A stretch of DNA of 44,055 bases, the filler included, from Sphacelaria rigidula (lineage: Eukaryota): assembly GCA_964200075.2 (NCBI GenBank). It is 2 parts of 2 records of this genome, joined end to end, with 100 filler letters (N's around TTAATTAATTAA, not from the genome) between each part and the next. Parts side by side here need not be neighbours in the genome. Positions count along the whole stretch, not along the records: positions 1 to 21,979 come from CAXNAA020000367.1; positions 22,080 to 44,055 come from CAXNAA020000368.1. One strand, written 5' to 3'. Shown in pieces: positions 11,160-22,772 of this stretch (position 1 is the first letter of the stretch; every line of letters starts with the position of its first letter). The notes under the pieces were generated by a model. It worked only from the letters and a program-made list of their open reading frames with translations. It made no database searches and was not told the origin of the DNA. The position numbers were made by a program, and so were the translations under genes.

Positions 11160-11452
11160 CACGGGTGGCCACTGGGGTCTGTAACCTGGCCATTTTGGGA
11201 CCTTATTCATCTTTGGTAGGGTCCGCGGATTGGGTAGACAACTGAAGAGCATTCGCACAGCATGGACAGGATCGAAACAAAACATGTCCCGGTCTATAGG
11301 CGGGTGACTCCCCTGTAGACTGGAACATGCTTTGTTTCGAACCTGTCGATGCTGTGCGAATGCTATTCAGTTGTCCACCTAATCCGCGGACCTTACCAAA
11401 GGTGGATAAGGTCCCAAAATGGCCAGGTTACAGACCCCAGTGGCCACCCGTG
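11160..11452. mobile_element. 293-bp fully palindromic MITE, CAC...GTG termini, 2-bp TSD (TG)
   Basis: cacgggtggccactggggtctgtaacctggccattttgggacc... pairs with ...ggtcccaaaatggccaggttacagaccccagtggccacccgtg. The arms pair almost to the centre, and TG flanks both ends. Confidence 0.88.
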
Positions 11453-11768
11453 TGCGGTCCCCCATACACGGTTTCCTCTGCAGGTGTCGTATTTCTGCCG
11501 CAGTTCCTCCCTTTTCGGCGGTTAGCTTCAGTTCTTCATCGTTTTGCTCTGCTGTCTGCCCTTTCGGTACTTGAACATTGCCGAGATTACGCTGATTATT
11601 ATCATCACAGCCGTTTACTGTACTTCGGTTTACCCACCTTTATACATTGTGTAGTCCTTACTGCTCAATTTTTCGGTACTTGCATTTCGAGCTTGCGCTA
11701 CCTGCTTTTGGTACACCATCCTATTGTACTCTGGTGTTTAGCGTCCATTTCTACATTTTCAATTTAAT

Positions 11769-14700
11769 ATGACGCAACCGAAGAAAATATTTCTCCACTC
11801 GGCCTTTCCTCCTTACAAATCTTTACGCCGTCAGCGTTTGCTTTCATCAGTTCCTCCAAAACCTTTTACTCTTACTTCTCCTGTACACGAAGAAGTAAAA
11901 TCCGACAGAGCTTCGGCCCTCAACTCTTGCGACTACACGTCTCAAGACTTGGCTTCTACTGGTGACCACGACCGCCATTTGTCCAAGACTTCCAACGTGA
12001 TCGACGAGTCGCTACGCGCTCGCTCTGTTGAAAAACGCACACCGTCCAAGACTTCCGACATGATCGACGAGTCGCTACGCGCGCGCTCTGGCGCGAACCG
12101 TCCACTGTCCAAGACTTCCAACATGATCGACGAGCCGCTACGCGCTCGCTCTGTTGTGAAACGCACACCGTCTTGGAGTTCCAACATGTCTGACGAGTCG
12201 CCACGCGTTTCCACAGCTGTGAAAGACAAACCGCTCTAGGCTTCCGCCGCGGTTATCAAGTCACTCCGCGCTCGCGGTGTTGACGAGCGGCACTCGTCCA
12301 TGCCTTCTGACGTTTTCTGCAAGCCACACAACGGTCCCGATGCCTTACCACGCCCGCGACTACACGACATGGATCGTGAGGACACTTCTGCTCGCCAGCC
12401 CTCGTGCCGAACATTCTCCTCGCGTCTTGGCCGCTCAGAAGAGCCTTCCACCGGGCACATGCCTTTAGTCACGGCTCTTGAGCACTTGCTCCGTTCATCA
12501 CCGGCTGTCATTTCTGATGATCCGACGACAACTGCCCTCTCACAAGCGCTTGCGGCCGCGTTTCACACAGCCGTTCAACATTCGGCGTCTTCAGATCATG
12601 TTCACTTCAACAGTAGCGGGAACCAACGGGCCTCTGTCCCAGCGCCTGCAAACCCACATGACGCACGTTCGACCTCAGACGTTCCCTCTGATTGGGATTC
12701 GGATGGTGACGACATTGTTCACCATGGTGATAGTACTACTCATGCCCATGACGCACGTGCTCTGTTATCGGGATGATCATCAACCACGGGATCCTCACGA
12801 CCTAAATCTGTCGATCGGACCCATGTGCGTTCACGACTGCCCGTCGATGCTTCGTTGACTGACCTTCACGCACCTATACGCAACGGACGCAGCACTAACC
12901 GTGCCCTTCCGCCCCATCCTGATGCTGACACTGTGCGTGCGGTGAAATGACAAATTGCAGACCTTCGTCGATACCTGCGATCTGCTTCCACCATGGCTAA
13001 CAACCCGGCACCTTCGACCACCGCTCCTATCGCGGCCACTTCAACTACTGCGGCTGTGGACATCGATACGGATGCTGAGAGCATCCGTGTCACGCCCCCC
13101 GCCCCCAGAGCGGCAGCGACTGCAGCTCCCGACACGGCGGCCACGGATGACCCCCCTGTCACGGCCACCCATGCGGGATCGGACACTTCGCCGCTGGATG
13201 CTACCGCCACTGGTCCGGCTCCGGCGCCTGCACCTGGGTCTCTCACGAATGACCGCCCCCTGTTGGGCGTCGAGCATTGCCCGCCGGGCCTCATACCCCG
13301 ACTCTGGTTGCGTGGTCCCCGCTCAGATCAAGAGCAAATCCTCGCTGAGTACCAGACGATGCAACCGGCCACGCTCCCTGCGCCGCCACCACCCCGCCAA
13401 TCGGCGGATGCCACTGCTCATACTCTCCTTCTCAACGACTTCACGGCACGTCTCACGCGCCAACGTCGAGCCGTCGACTCGGCGACCAGCCGCCAACAGG
13501 TGGCTCAGGAGACTTTGAATGAGCGTCTCGCTGCGTTTGAAAAGATGCGTGACTCCACTTGGCGCGATGAACAACGTCTGCGCCAATACACTGCGGCCGC
13601 GGCCTCCGCCACCACGGCTCTACGCTCTTCGGAACAGGAGCAACATTTGCCTCTCCTGAGGACAACGCCGACAGCGTCAGCGCCTGCGGTTACTTCTGTA
13701 ATTACAGGCTCAGCGGACACCCGCCAGCCCTCGCTCCCATACGCTGCTGCTGCCGCTCCTACAGCCTCGCCTGCGCGCACCCCACCAGCGCAACCGCAGG
13801 TCCCTCAGGCCTCAACGCCCCCTACCTTCACACCTTGGCTCCGCCTCCAGGGAAGCGAACGTTATTGGCTTTTCTGGACGCTCCGCCAACTTTCGGGCAA
13901 ATACCACCGCAACAGCGTTCTCCGCGCCTCCGAGCAGGCTTAGCGCTCACTCACACTGCCCATTAACAGTGTGATCGTCCCTTTCCCTCAGCAAGGAGGA
14001 CAACTGCCAAACAACGATCCGGGCGCGCTCACCATCGAACGCCTCGTACTTTACCTTACGATTGGTACCGGGAACAACCGCCCCACTTACGAGACCGCCG
14101 TCGCTGCCCTTTTCACTGCTATGCGTGCCGCCCATAACACGCTACCACTCGACGATGAGGATAACTGGATCACACCCCACCCCTCTCATAACCGTCGTGA
14201 TGATAATGACTTCGACGACGACCAACCCGGCGCCGAACCACGCCGCGGACAGGGAGCCAACCGTAAAAACAACAACGGTCGCCGTACAACCCGGGGCAGC
14301 CATAAACGCTCTGACAACCAGTCTTCAAGCTCGTCTACATCCCGACACCGTCAGTACACCTCAACGCGATCCGCACGGCCCTTACCGGCCGTCAGGCAAG
14401 TAACGCCTCCTTTAGCAGATGCGTCTGCTCGCCTTCTAGGTCTTACGGATAGTGATAGTGACAATTCGGCTCGCCCATTGTCTTCTACCTCGGTTCGGTC
14501 ACTAGCTGCCGCCGCCGCAGCCAAACAACAAGCTGCCGCTGATGAAGCTGCTTCCGATACTCGTAGAGAAGCATCTCGTGTCGCTGCTATCAAGCGTGAG
14601 TACTTACAGATAGGTCTTAAGAAACTATGATATATCAAAACCATGCCTGCTGCAGATAATGAGGATTCTGGTCAGTTTACATCCGCTCTCATTTCCTCAA

Positions 14701-15958
14701 TGCATCGGACTATGCGCAACGTCCTCGAGTTAGCCGACGCAACTGGGCAACAACGTTTTGAAGACCCTGACTGGATTGATGGATGGCAAACCCCGTTACA
14801 TAAGGCTTTGCATCGCTCAATCAGCCGAGGCTCCCCTGACGTCGCTGCTTCCTTGACGCAGATTCTCGACTCCTTCCACGCAATGGATCAAGATTGTGCC
14901 GGCGGCCAAACAGCGCCGCTACTATTTGGCAATTCGGAAATGCGTATCATAAATTATTTTGATAAGTCCGATCAGGTCGGCGCCATCAAGCGCCTTAGCT
15001 CCTTCGCCGTGGCAACAGACGTGCCCTTTGCTGACTACCCACGAGATTTCAAGCTTTTGGTGTCTAGTGTAACTGGTACTGGCCGACAGAATGGCCCTAG
15101 CGATGCTATGTGTCAGACGTAGTTCGCAATAGTATCGCTCAGCAATTTCCGACGCTGATGTCGTCTCTGTTTCCGGGCGCTCTGGCGCACAATGAGGTGC
15201 CTTACGCCTCCGTAGACGCGATGTGGACTGTGTTTGTAGATCAGGAACATAATTTAACGCCTGCCATTCGTGGCACACAGTGTTCCTACGGGTCTTCGTA
15301 AACTTTGCGTGCTGCATCCACGAGTACCTCCGGGTCTCGTGGACGCACTCACTCTTTGTCCTGAAATACTTGGACCCCCAACTCTGTCGGTGGACCAGTC
15401 ATGCCTGTTCATAGCAAAAAAGACCCGTCCCGAGCAAGCTTCGACGCTTGGCCTTATTCGGCAGACACTTTTGATGACGTTTATGTCATTTCCACAACTG
15501 CTTTCATCACGGATGACCCACAATTGTGGACCCCCTTGCTTTCGCCTTCGGCTCGCAAGGATGCTTTTCGTCGCCATGCTAACACATGCATCAACTGCAA
15601 TGGTACTGGCCACAGTATGCGTGACTGCCCTGAACCTTCCATCTATATTTTTTTGCTCATGAAGCCTGAACTTCAGAGCAACGGGCCGGCGTGGCGCCGA
15701 TGGCAAAAACGCATGCGCGAGTATCGTACACCATCTCGCCACCATCGCCAGCCTTATCACAATCATAGCAACTCTCGCTCAAATTGTGACCGTCGCCATA
15801 CCGCCAACACCATCTCACGTACTCGCCATAAAGATCGTTCTTTCCGCCCTTCTCAGTCTTCGCAGGGTCATCACCAGCGAACGGGGCCAAGTCACGACAC
15901 CTTCAACCCCACTGCCAGAAACCCTGGTTCTTTTAAGACGGATCGCAACGACCAATGA
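11769..15958 (+). pseudogene. Very long gag-like ORF of retrotransposon no. 2, broken by stops and one frameshift
   Basis: ORFs starting at 11769, 12300, 12993, 13971 and 14643 share one frame. After a shift near 15118 the frame carries the CCHC zinc knuckle CINCNGTGHSMRDC. Confidence 0.78.
11980..12295 (+). repeat. 63-bp coding tandem repeat (21 aa, SKTSNMIDESLRARS...)
   Basis: Three well-conserved and two decayed units, visible in both the DNA and the translation. Confidence 0.9.
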
Positions 15959-16147
15959 CACGCCGACGACGGCGTGAAGTCCTCGGCGCCGCCGATAGCA
16001 GACCCATCCAACACACACCACCGCTCGGGTGACCAAACGTTCTCACCCAATGTTTTCGACTCTGTGTAAGGACGGCCGTTCTTCTCGACCCCCGTATCTA
16101 TCTTCTCACACACAGCGTAACCGTTGTGTTGACCCCCACCCAGCTCT

Positions 16148-19100
16148 ATGCTTGGCTCCAGACTTGGTCCTCCGGAACTAAGTATAAATCTGAGATGTGA
16201 GAAAACCGACCGCGGACCCTTGAGGCACAGGCTTCCCTCAACGACCGCACGCACCGGTTGTAGCAGACTTCCTTCAACTGGTTCTGGTGTTGATGGTTCG
16301 AAACTGACCACTTCAAATCCTTCGACCCCTACCCAGCCTGATCGCAGTCACTTTTCGCGCCACTCTTCTGCCGCGAAACTACTCCGGCATACAGCGGACA
16401 ACACTCGTCCCCTTTCACATTTAGCATTGCTCTTTGTACCGAGCTTGCCAGCGGACAGTCCACAAGTTTCGGCCGAGCATGCCCCGATGCTGACAGCATC
16501 TCCTCAACTGGACGCAGTTGCAGTTTCCCAAGAAGTCTTGGAAGTTCCCAGCCATTTGTCACCGCACGAGAAGAAGCCTCGTCGTCATGCCCCCATGGAA
16601 GCGCGAGCATTGACACGTACCCCTACCGCCAGCGGAAAATTCCGACCTCATTCTCCCCAAAAAGCGGCGACTCTGAGCTCGAGGACACTGCCAGGCATCC
16701 AAGAGGAATCCAAATCGGACCTTTCAGACGGTACCGCTTCCTCCACTGATGACCCCCGTGGCACTTCGCAGCAATCTATCTTCAATGATGACCCTTGTAC
16801 GTCCAAGCCAGTCATTTACGAGATGGATCAAAATCCTGATTCACGCTGCCCTTCACGATCAGATCACACCCCCGCGCTGTCTACCGGTACCTTTGAACCC
16901 CCCGCGGATCACCTGCCATCCGTCTTCACGGTCAGTCCGACTAATCCTGACCAGTTCACGTTATCTGAACATGGCCCTGACCTCGTTGGTGGTAAGGTGT
17001 CCGTTGATCCTGCCACCTTCACTACCCGCATAGCATTGCACTGCGGAGTGATGCTACGGTAGGGTTGCACTTTTTGAGCGAAAATGTTTCTCGGGGTGTT
17101 GCACGGGTAATTTTGAAAATCGGCATCATTTCCACTTGAAAAAGACTAAAAATGATGCCGATTCACGAAAAGGCCCCTGTGTGCATCTCCATGTCCTGTC
17201 CCCGGAGATTTGGGTTGCACAGTAAGCCCCATATATTTAGGCTCCTACAAAAAGGAGACCCAGAAACAAAAAGTGCAACCCCTATCGTAGCATCATTCTG
17301 CGGCCCTTACGCCACCACGCGCGCCAAGTGCGTCTCGTTGTTAGACAGCGGTAGTCTACAGACATTCATCAAAGAATCCATGTGGAATCATACGAAGCAG
17401 ACTAGCGCTGCTTCCGATGTGTGCGAAATCACCACCCTTGACGACACGAAATCTGTTCGTCGTAGTGTGCAATTTTTCCACAATGATACACGTTCGGCTA
17501 GTCTCACAGTGTGGCTTATATCGTCCTTGATAGCACCATGTATCATGCTCTCCTTCTTGGCAGAGATAGCTACATGCGGTTCGACCAACGTACGTACCGC
17601 ACCCGCCCACCATTATCGCCTCAGTCGGCGCCTCGTGGAGAACTCCAACTAGGACACTTTGGTACCCTCAATGGTGCCTTAGCCTACAAAAATAATGAGC
17701 AGGCTACCGGAGCGGCTTACCACCTCCGGTACAATGGTAGTTCTGGTGTCACCCTTTCCGACGAGCCCCAACTCTTGGAAGTGTTGCTTGTTCGCCGCAA
17801 CGGAACGCCGGCCCTCACCGGCCACTACCTTGCGGAACTGCTGCCTAAATCTTGTGCGCCCGCTGGCACTGAGCATTTTGTCTCGGACGGCGAACAACTC
17901 CTGCCTCTCACAGGCCATGCTAATTTGGAACCTGGCGATGTCTTGGGCATCGCTGCGGCTCCTCTTGTGCACGTTCCTCTGGATACCTGTGTAGCCGATC
18001 CTCCGGCGCCTGATTCCACACCGCCGACTAATGGTTCTATTCACTGCGTTTATGTACCATACTTTGATCTATCCCTATCACCCTCCACTCCGATTTCTGC
18101 GGTGGAATCCGACCGACCACCTGCTGAACCTCCTGATGCAGTGCTTCAACGCTTATCGGTCGAGTCTCGGGAACACTTTCTGCAAATGTGGCACCAACTT
18201 CCACCTCATTTGCGTGATATCTATTTCGATCTACATGGTCCGGGCTGGGAGCCCGCTGTCATCCAAGAGTTACACGATGTTCTCTTGGAATACCAGGGCA
18301 GGTTTTCCCGATCCAAGACGGATCTCGGGCATTGTAAAACATTGCCATTCGAGAAAACCCTGCAATCTGGCGTTTCGCCCATCTCATCTAGACCATATCG
18401 AACGAATCCCCTCCTCACCAAAAACGTCAATGCTATTTTGGATGCATACTTAGGGGCTGGTCTGATTCAACACTCGTCTTCGCCATGGACCTCACCCCTC
18501 GTGGTCGTCCCCAAAAAAGATGGCAACGTACGCATCACCGTGAATTACAAACGGCTGAATCGCGTCACTGTCGTGGGGAAAATCCCCATACCTGGCATCG
18601 ACGAAGTCTTCGACTCTCTCGGTGAAGAAAAAATATTCAGCACTTTCGATTTGGCATCTGGATTTTTCCAAATGCAATTCACCCCGATACAGTTCCCTTG
18701 ACAACGTTCTGTACATCTTCAGGGCTTTATTAATGACTTCGCATGCCACAAGGCGCTGCCACAGCACCTGGCTGCTTTCAACGTCTCATGCAACGCGTTA
18801 CTGACGGTCTCGAACATGTTATCATGTATCTAGACGATGCTATCGCCTTTGATGTCTCCCCCAAGGCGCATGTTCGCACTCTACGGGAATTCCTCTCCCG
18901 CTTGCGTACCCACGACTTGAAATTGCCTCCATCCAAAGCTCAGCTCGGAGCAACTGAATTTGATCTTTTGGGACACTCTATCTCTCCTGCTGGGTTGCAC
19001 CCAGACACGAACAAGGTCAAGGCTATGACTGATATGCCCATGCCCACCAATCTTTCGCAGCTTCACTCGCTGTGGGGCGGACTTTCTTATTATCGCAATT

Positions 19101-21979
19101 ATTTGCCCAACTTGTCCACGTGAATCCGGCCCATCACCGATTTATTGAAGAAAAGCATCCCGTTTGTTTTCATCGAAGAAATGGAAGCTACCGTCCGCGA
19201 ATTGCTCAAAACGCTGACCGAAAAACCGGTTCTTTGTTCTCCGGAATGGGATGCGGTACAAGACGGCTCACGTCTTTTCCAACTACACACCGATGCTAGC
19301 ACAGATGGATTCGACGCAGTTTTGAATCAGCCCCAACTGGGTGGCTCTGTCCGACCTATTTTGTACATCAGCCGCGCAACCCACCCGAACGAGGCAAATT
19401 GGAGTCCACTCGAACTCGAAGGCGGAGTCATAACTTGGGCTATTAAACGGCTTCGACAGTACTTGTTCTACGTGCCTTTCCACATCTATACAGATCATGG
19501 AGCTCTTGAACAAGTCGCTAAGGTTGGAGAATATGGCCCCCGCGTACAACGGTGGCTGGAGTTCTTGACTGCTTACCATTACACTGTTAAACACCGTCCG
19601 GGCAAAACCAACGGCAATGCTGACTTTATTTCGCGATTGCCTCTGCCCCCTACAGCGGTAGATTTCAGTCCCGCTTGCCGCTTGACTGAACCTGACGAAC
19701 CAGGCGTCTACCCCATTCGGCGTTTTTCAATGCCTATCTACGCGCGTGACCTGCAATACCCTGAAACAGGTCTGCACATGGGGGGCCCCCGCCCTCTGCC
19801 CCCTTATGCAGCTTTGGATGGCTTCGCGCCCACAGCTGCTGATTTTGCCGACTTCCGCACTTTCGGCCCCCGCGCGAACATCTCGGCGCCGCCACCACCA
19901 ACTGTTCACCTCATCTCCGACAACACGCGTTCGCGGTCAGCGTCTCGTGCACATTCATCGCGTGCCGTGATACCACCGCCGCCGCCGCCGCCTCGTGCCC
20001 CCACGAGCCGTACAACACCTACTAGAACCGGCCGCGTGCCCAGTGTTGTACCGACAACGTCCGCGCCCCCTGTGCACCCACCGCGCCAATCACGTTCATC
20101 AGTTCGCGCTACCCCCACGCCGCCTTCTAGGAATCTCCCTGCACCTGCGCCTCTGACTCGCGATACGCATGCGTCAGATCGGCTTCCGGATCAAGATATT
20201 GACGTCGGCTCCCCTGCTTCCTCACCTGTGCCACCCCTTCCAGAGCCACCATGTTTGTTTGGTTCTCCGGCTGAGGGACAACGTCGAGAATTTCTCGCTC
20301 GCTACTCTCACCGCGATTGGGCTCGCGACCAACAACAGGAACCGCTCTGTCGCGCGACAATGCGGTACTTACGGCTTAACCGCCCCACCTCTTTCCCGGC
20401 TGAGATCCTGACCCCCGTGGGCGCCCTACCCGCCCCTACCGCCTCTGAAGTGCTCGAGCTTGCACGCAAAGGTACCATCTTCACGACTGACGACGACGTC
20501 CATTTGCTCGTTCGCCGATCCAATTCCCATTTGGGCTCGGCTGCCGCAGTAACAACTGCCGCTCCGGCAGATATGCGTCATGACGCCTCTATCCGCATCT
20601 ATGTCCCTATCATGATGCGTCCGGGGGTCATGAAGGGCTGTCACTCTGATTTGTCCTGCCACTTAGGCGTCACGCGCACGTTAGCGCTCCTCGAACCCTT
20701 TTATTGGTGGATCGGCATGGAAGCATCCACGCGTTTTTGGATCCGACGATGTTTCAAATGTCAGGCTCGCAAAGCCTCTCGACAGACTATACGATGGCCG
20801 GTGATCTCCATAGGACTTCCAAACGCTGCTGGTCACTTCGTATAATTTGACCACTTCGGTCTTCTACCAACCACTGACCGTGGTAATACCTACATTCTGC
20901 TTTTCACCGATCGCTTCAGCCGTCACGCGTCTATGTACGCTGTTACTGCGAGTGATTTCACTGCTGCCGGCACAGCGAACATTCTCGTCCATGACTACAT
21001 TAAGCACTGCGGCTGCCCGAAACGGCTCCTCTCCGACAATGGTCAGCAATTTTGCTCCGAACTCTCGGATGCTTTGCACAAGCTCCTTGGCATTCGTAAA
21101 GTTGCCACGAGCGTATACCACCCTAACGGTAACGGTGGAACTGAACGTGTGAATCACACTGTGGCTCAAATGCTGTCCATGGTCGTAAACGACCGCCAGA
21201 ATGACTGGGACATTCATCTTTCGCATGTCATGCTGTCTTACAACAATTCGGTCAACACGACTACAGGCCTCTTGCCCAACGAGCTGCATCTTGGACGCTA
21301 CCCCCGTCTGCCCATCACCGTTCTTGAAAGACATACCTTCGATGGTCATCAAGGTCTGGAACAGGATCAGCTGTCCTACCACGACTTCGCCGGGCTCGTC
21401 AGCGCAAGCTTTTCACTTTGGTGCGCGAACAACACGCTATCAACGCCTCACGCCTTGAAATATCCAATATCGCCCTCTACAACTTGATGCACAAACGCCC
21501 GAATTGGAAAATCGGCGATTGGGTCTGGATCTACAACAGTTTGTCCACCATCCGTCAAGGCTCGGACCGCACTGCCCATGCAACAGTCTTGAAGACCAAA
21601 CTGTCCCTTAATTCGACGGGTCCGTTCAAAATTCTCATAGTAGGACCCTCGCCGACGTTTCCTGACGGCAAGCCTGTTGGCGACAAACTCCTCTACCTCG
21701 ATTTACCTCGTGACCTCCAGGAACATGACGCTAAATCTCGCGTCTCTGTGCATCGTTGCAAGCCTTGCACCAACACGCATGACACTACTGACATGCCTCA
21801 AAACCTGCCTGCAAGTCTCACTCAATACGTGCTTAACAGCTACTCAACAAAATCTCCACCGTACCACGTTACCACCGATGACGTGACTGAACAACCTCTC
21901 CGCTTGGCCGTGTCCCACATTTCCGGCCACCAAATCACTCGAGGTCCTGGCGGCAAAATTGCTGTTATATACAAGACAC
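16148..21979 (+). pseudogene. pol of retrotransposon no. 2: protease, RT, RNase H, integrase
   Basis: Protease LLDSGS...LLGRD. RT SPWTSPLVVVPKKDG, FDLASGFFQ, MPQG, MYLDD. RNase H TDAST, IYTDH, NADFISR. Integrase zinc finger H-x5-H...CFKC, core FDHFG/TDRFSR/LSDNG/NGGTERVN, and C-terminal TGPFKI. Stops, frameshifts and a MITE insertion are present. Confidence 0.96.
17046..17298 (+). mobile_element. 253-bp MITE, GAG-start termini, 4-bp TSD TGCG (Sola2-like)
   Basis: TIR gagtgatgctacggtagggttgcacttttt pairs with aaaaagtgcaacccctatcgtagcatcattc. TGCG lies at 17042-17045 and 17299-17302. Removing the insert restores the pol frame. A second copy lies at 43127-43379. Confidence 0.92.
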
Positions 21980-22079
21980 NNNNNNNNNNNNNNNNNNNNN
22001 NNNNNNNNNNNNNNNNNNNNNNNTTAATTAATTAANNNNNNNNNNNNNNNNNNNNNNNNNNNNNNNNNNNNNNNNNNNN
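21980..22079. other. Artificial contig-joining linker or assembly gap
   Basis: Exactly 44 N + TTAATTAATTAA (stops in all six frames) + 44 N = 100 bp. Confidence 0.95.
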
Positions 22080-22082
22080 CTT

Positions 22083-22175
22083 TTGTGACGGTTTAAGAGA
22101 CAACCTACTAGACTACTGACAAGTCAGCGCTGACTTGGTCATTAGTCTAGTTGGTTGTCTCTTAAACCGTCGCAA
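22083..22175. repeat. ~93-bp near-perfect palindrome at the contig edge
   Basis: Centred on aagtcagcgctgactt. Arm gacggtttaagagacaacc..actagacta pairs with tagtctagt..ggttgtctcttaaaccgtc. Confidence 0.85.
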
Positions 22176-22512
22176 GCCTCACGATATCCAGATTTAGTTC
22201 ATCAAGTGCCTTTGCTCGTAATATACTGATTTTATAATGGAAACTTATGTGCGCCATATCTTGAGATAAAAAACGAAGAAGGTGAAGATGAGGGTATCTA
22301 TCGTCTCCCCGCACAGCTCGTAGTCAGTTTACACGTTGTTGTGAGGAAGAATGAGCCGAAATTCGTGGATGACCCGACCATCAACGGAATCTACATGTAC
22401 AAACGTATGTCATTTGTAGGTTTTTTATTCAGGACAACATAGTTACGAGTACGATTTTATGTTTAATCGACTCTTCAATTTTCATTGATGATCGTTTTTA
22501 CAAGGGTGGTAA

Positions 22513-22622
22513 CACGGGTGGCCACTGGGGTGCCTGCAACCTCAAACTTGGACGTTACAGACCTTGTGCAAGGTCTGTAACGTCCAAGTTTGAGGTTGCA
22601 GGCACCTCAGTGGCCACGCGTG
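22513..22622. mobile_element. 110-bp palindromic MITE with the same termini as 11160-11452, 2-bp TSD (AA)
   Basis: cacgggtggccactggggtgcctgcaacctcaaacttggacgttacagaccttg, a tg loop, then caaggtctgtaacgtccaagtttgaggttgcaggcacctcagtggccacgcgtg. AA flanks both ends. Confidence 0.88.
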
Positions 22623-22772
22623 AAAGAACGCGACACTATCAATAATAACAACACCGGTCCCCACACTGGATAATAACATGTGCACATATGATACTGTCTG
22701 CTGTGTAGCGAGCAAAGTCACAGGAGTGCTTGACAGTCGGCTCAGTTGACTGGGAGAGATTGCCCCTGTTTA

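Larger units (their letters stand above)
9129..21979 (+). mobile_element. Large Ty3/gypsy LTR retrotransposon no. 2 (>12.8 kb, decayed, 3' end lost in the gap)
   Basis: LTR/PBS candidate, ~2.1-kb pyrimidine-rich leader, gag with a CCHC knuckle, then PR-RT-RNase H-integrase in gypsy order. Confidence 0.93.
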
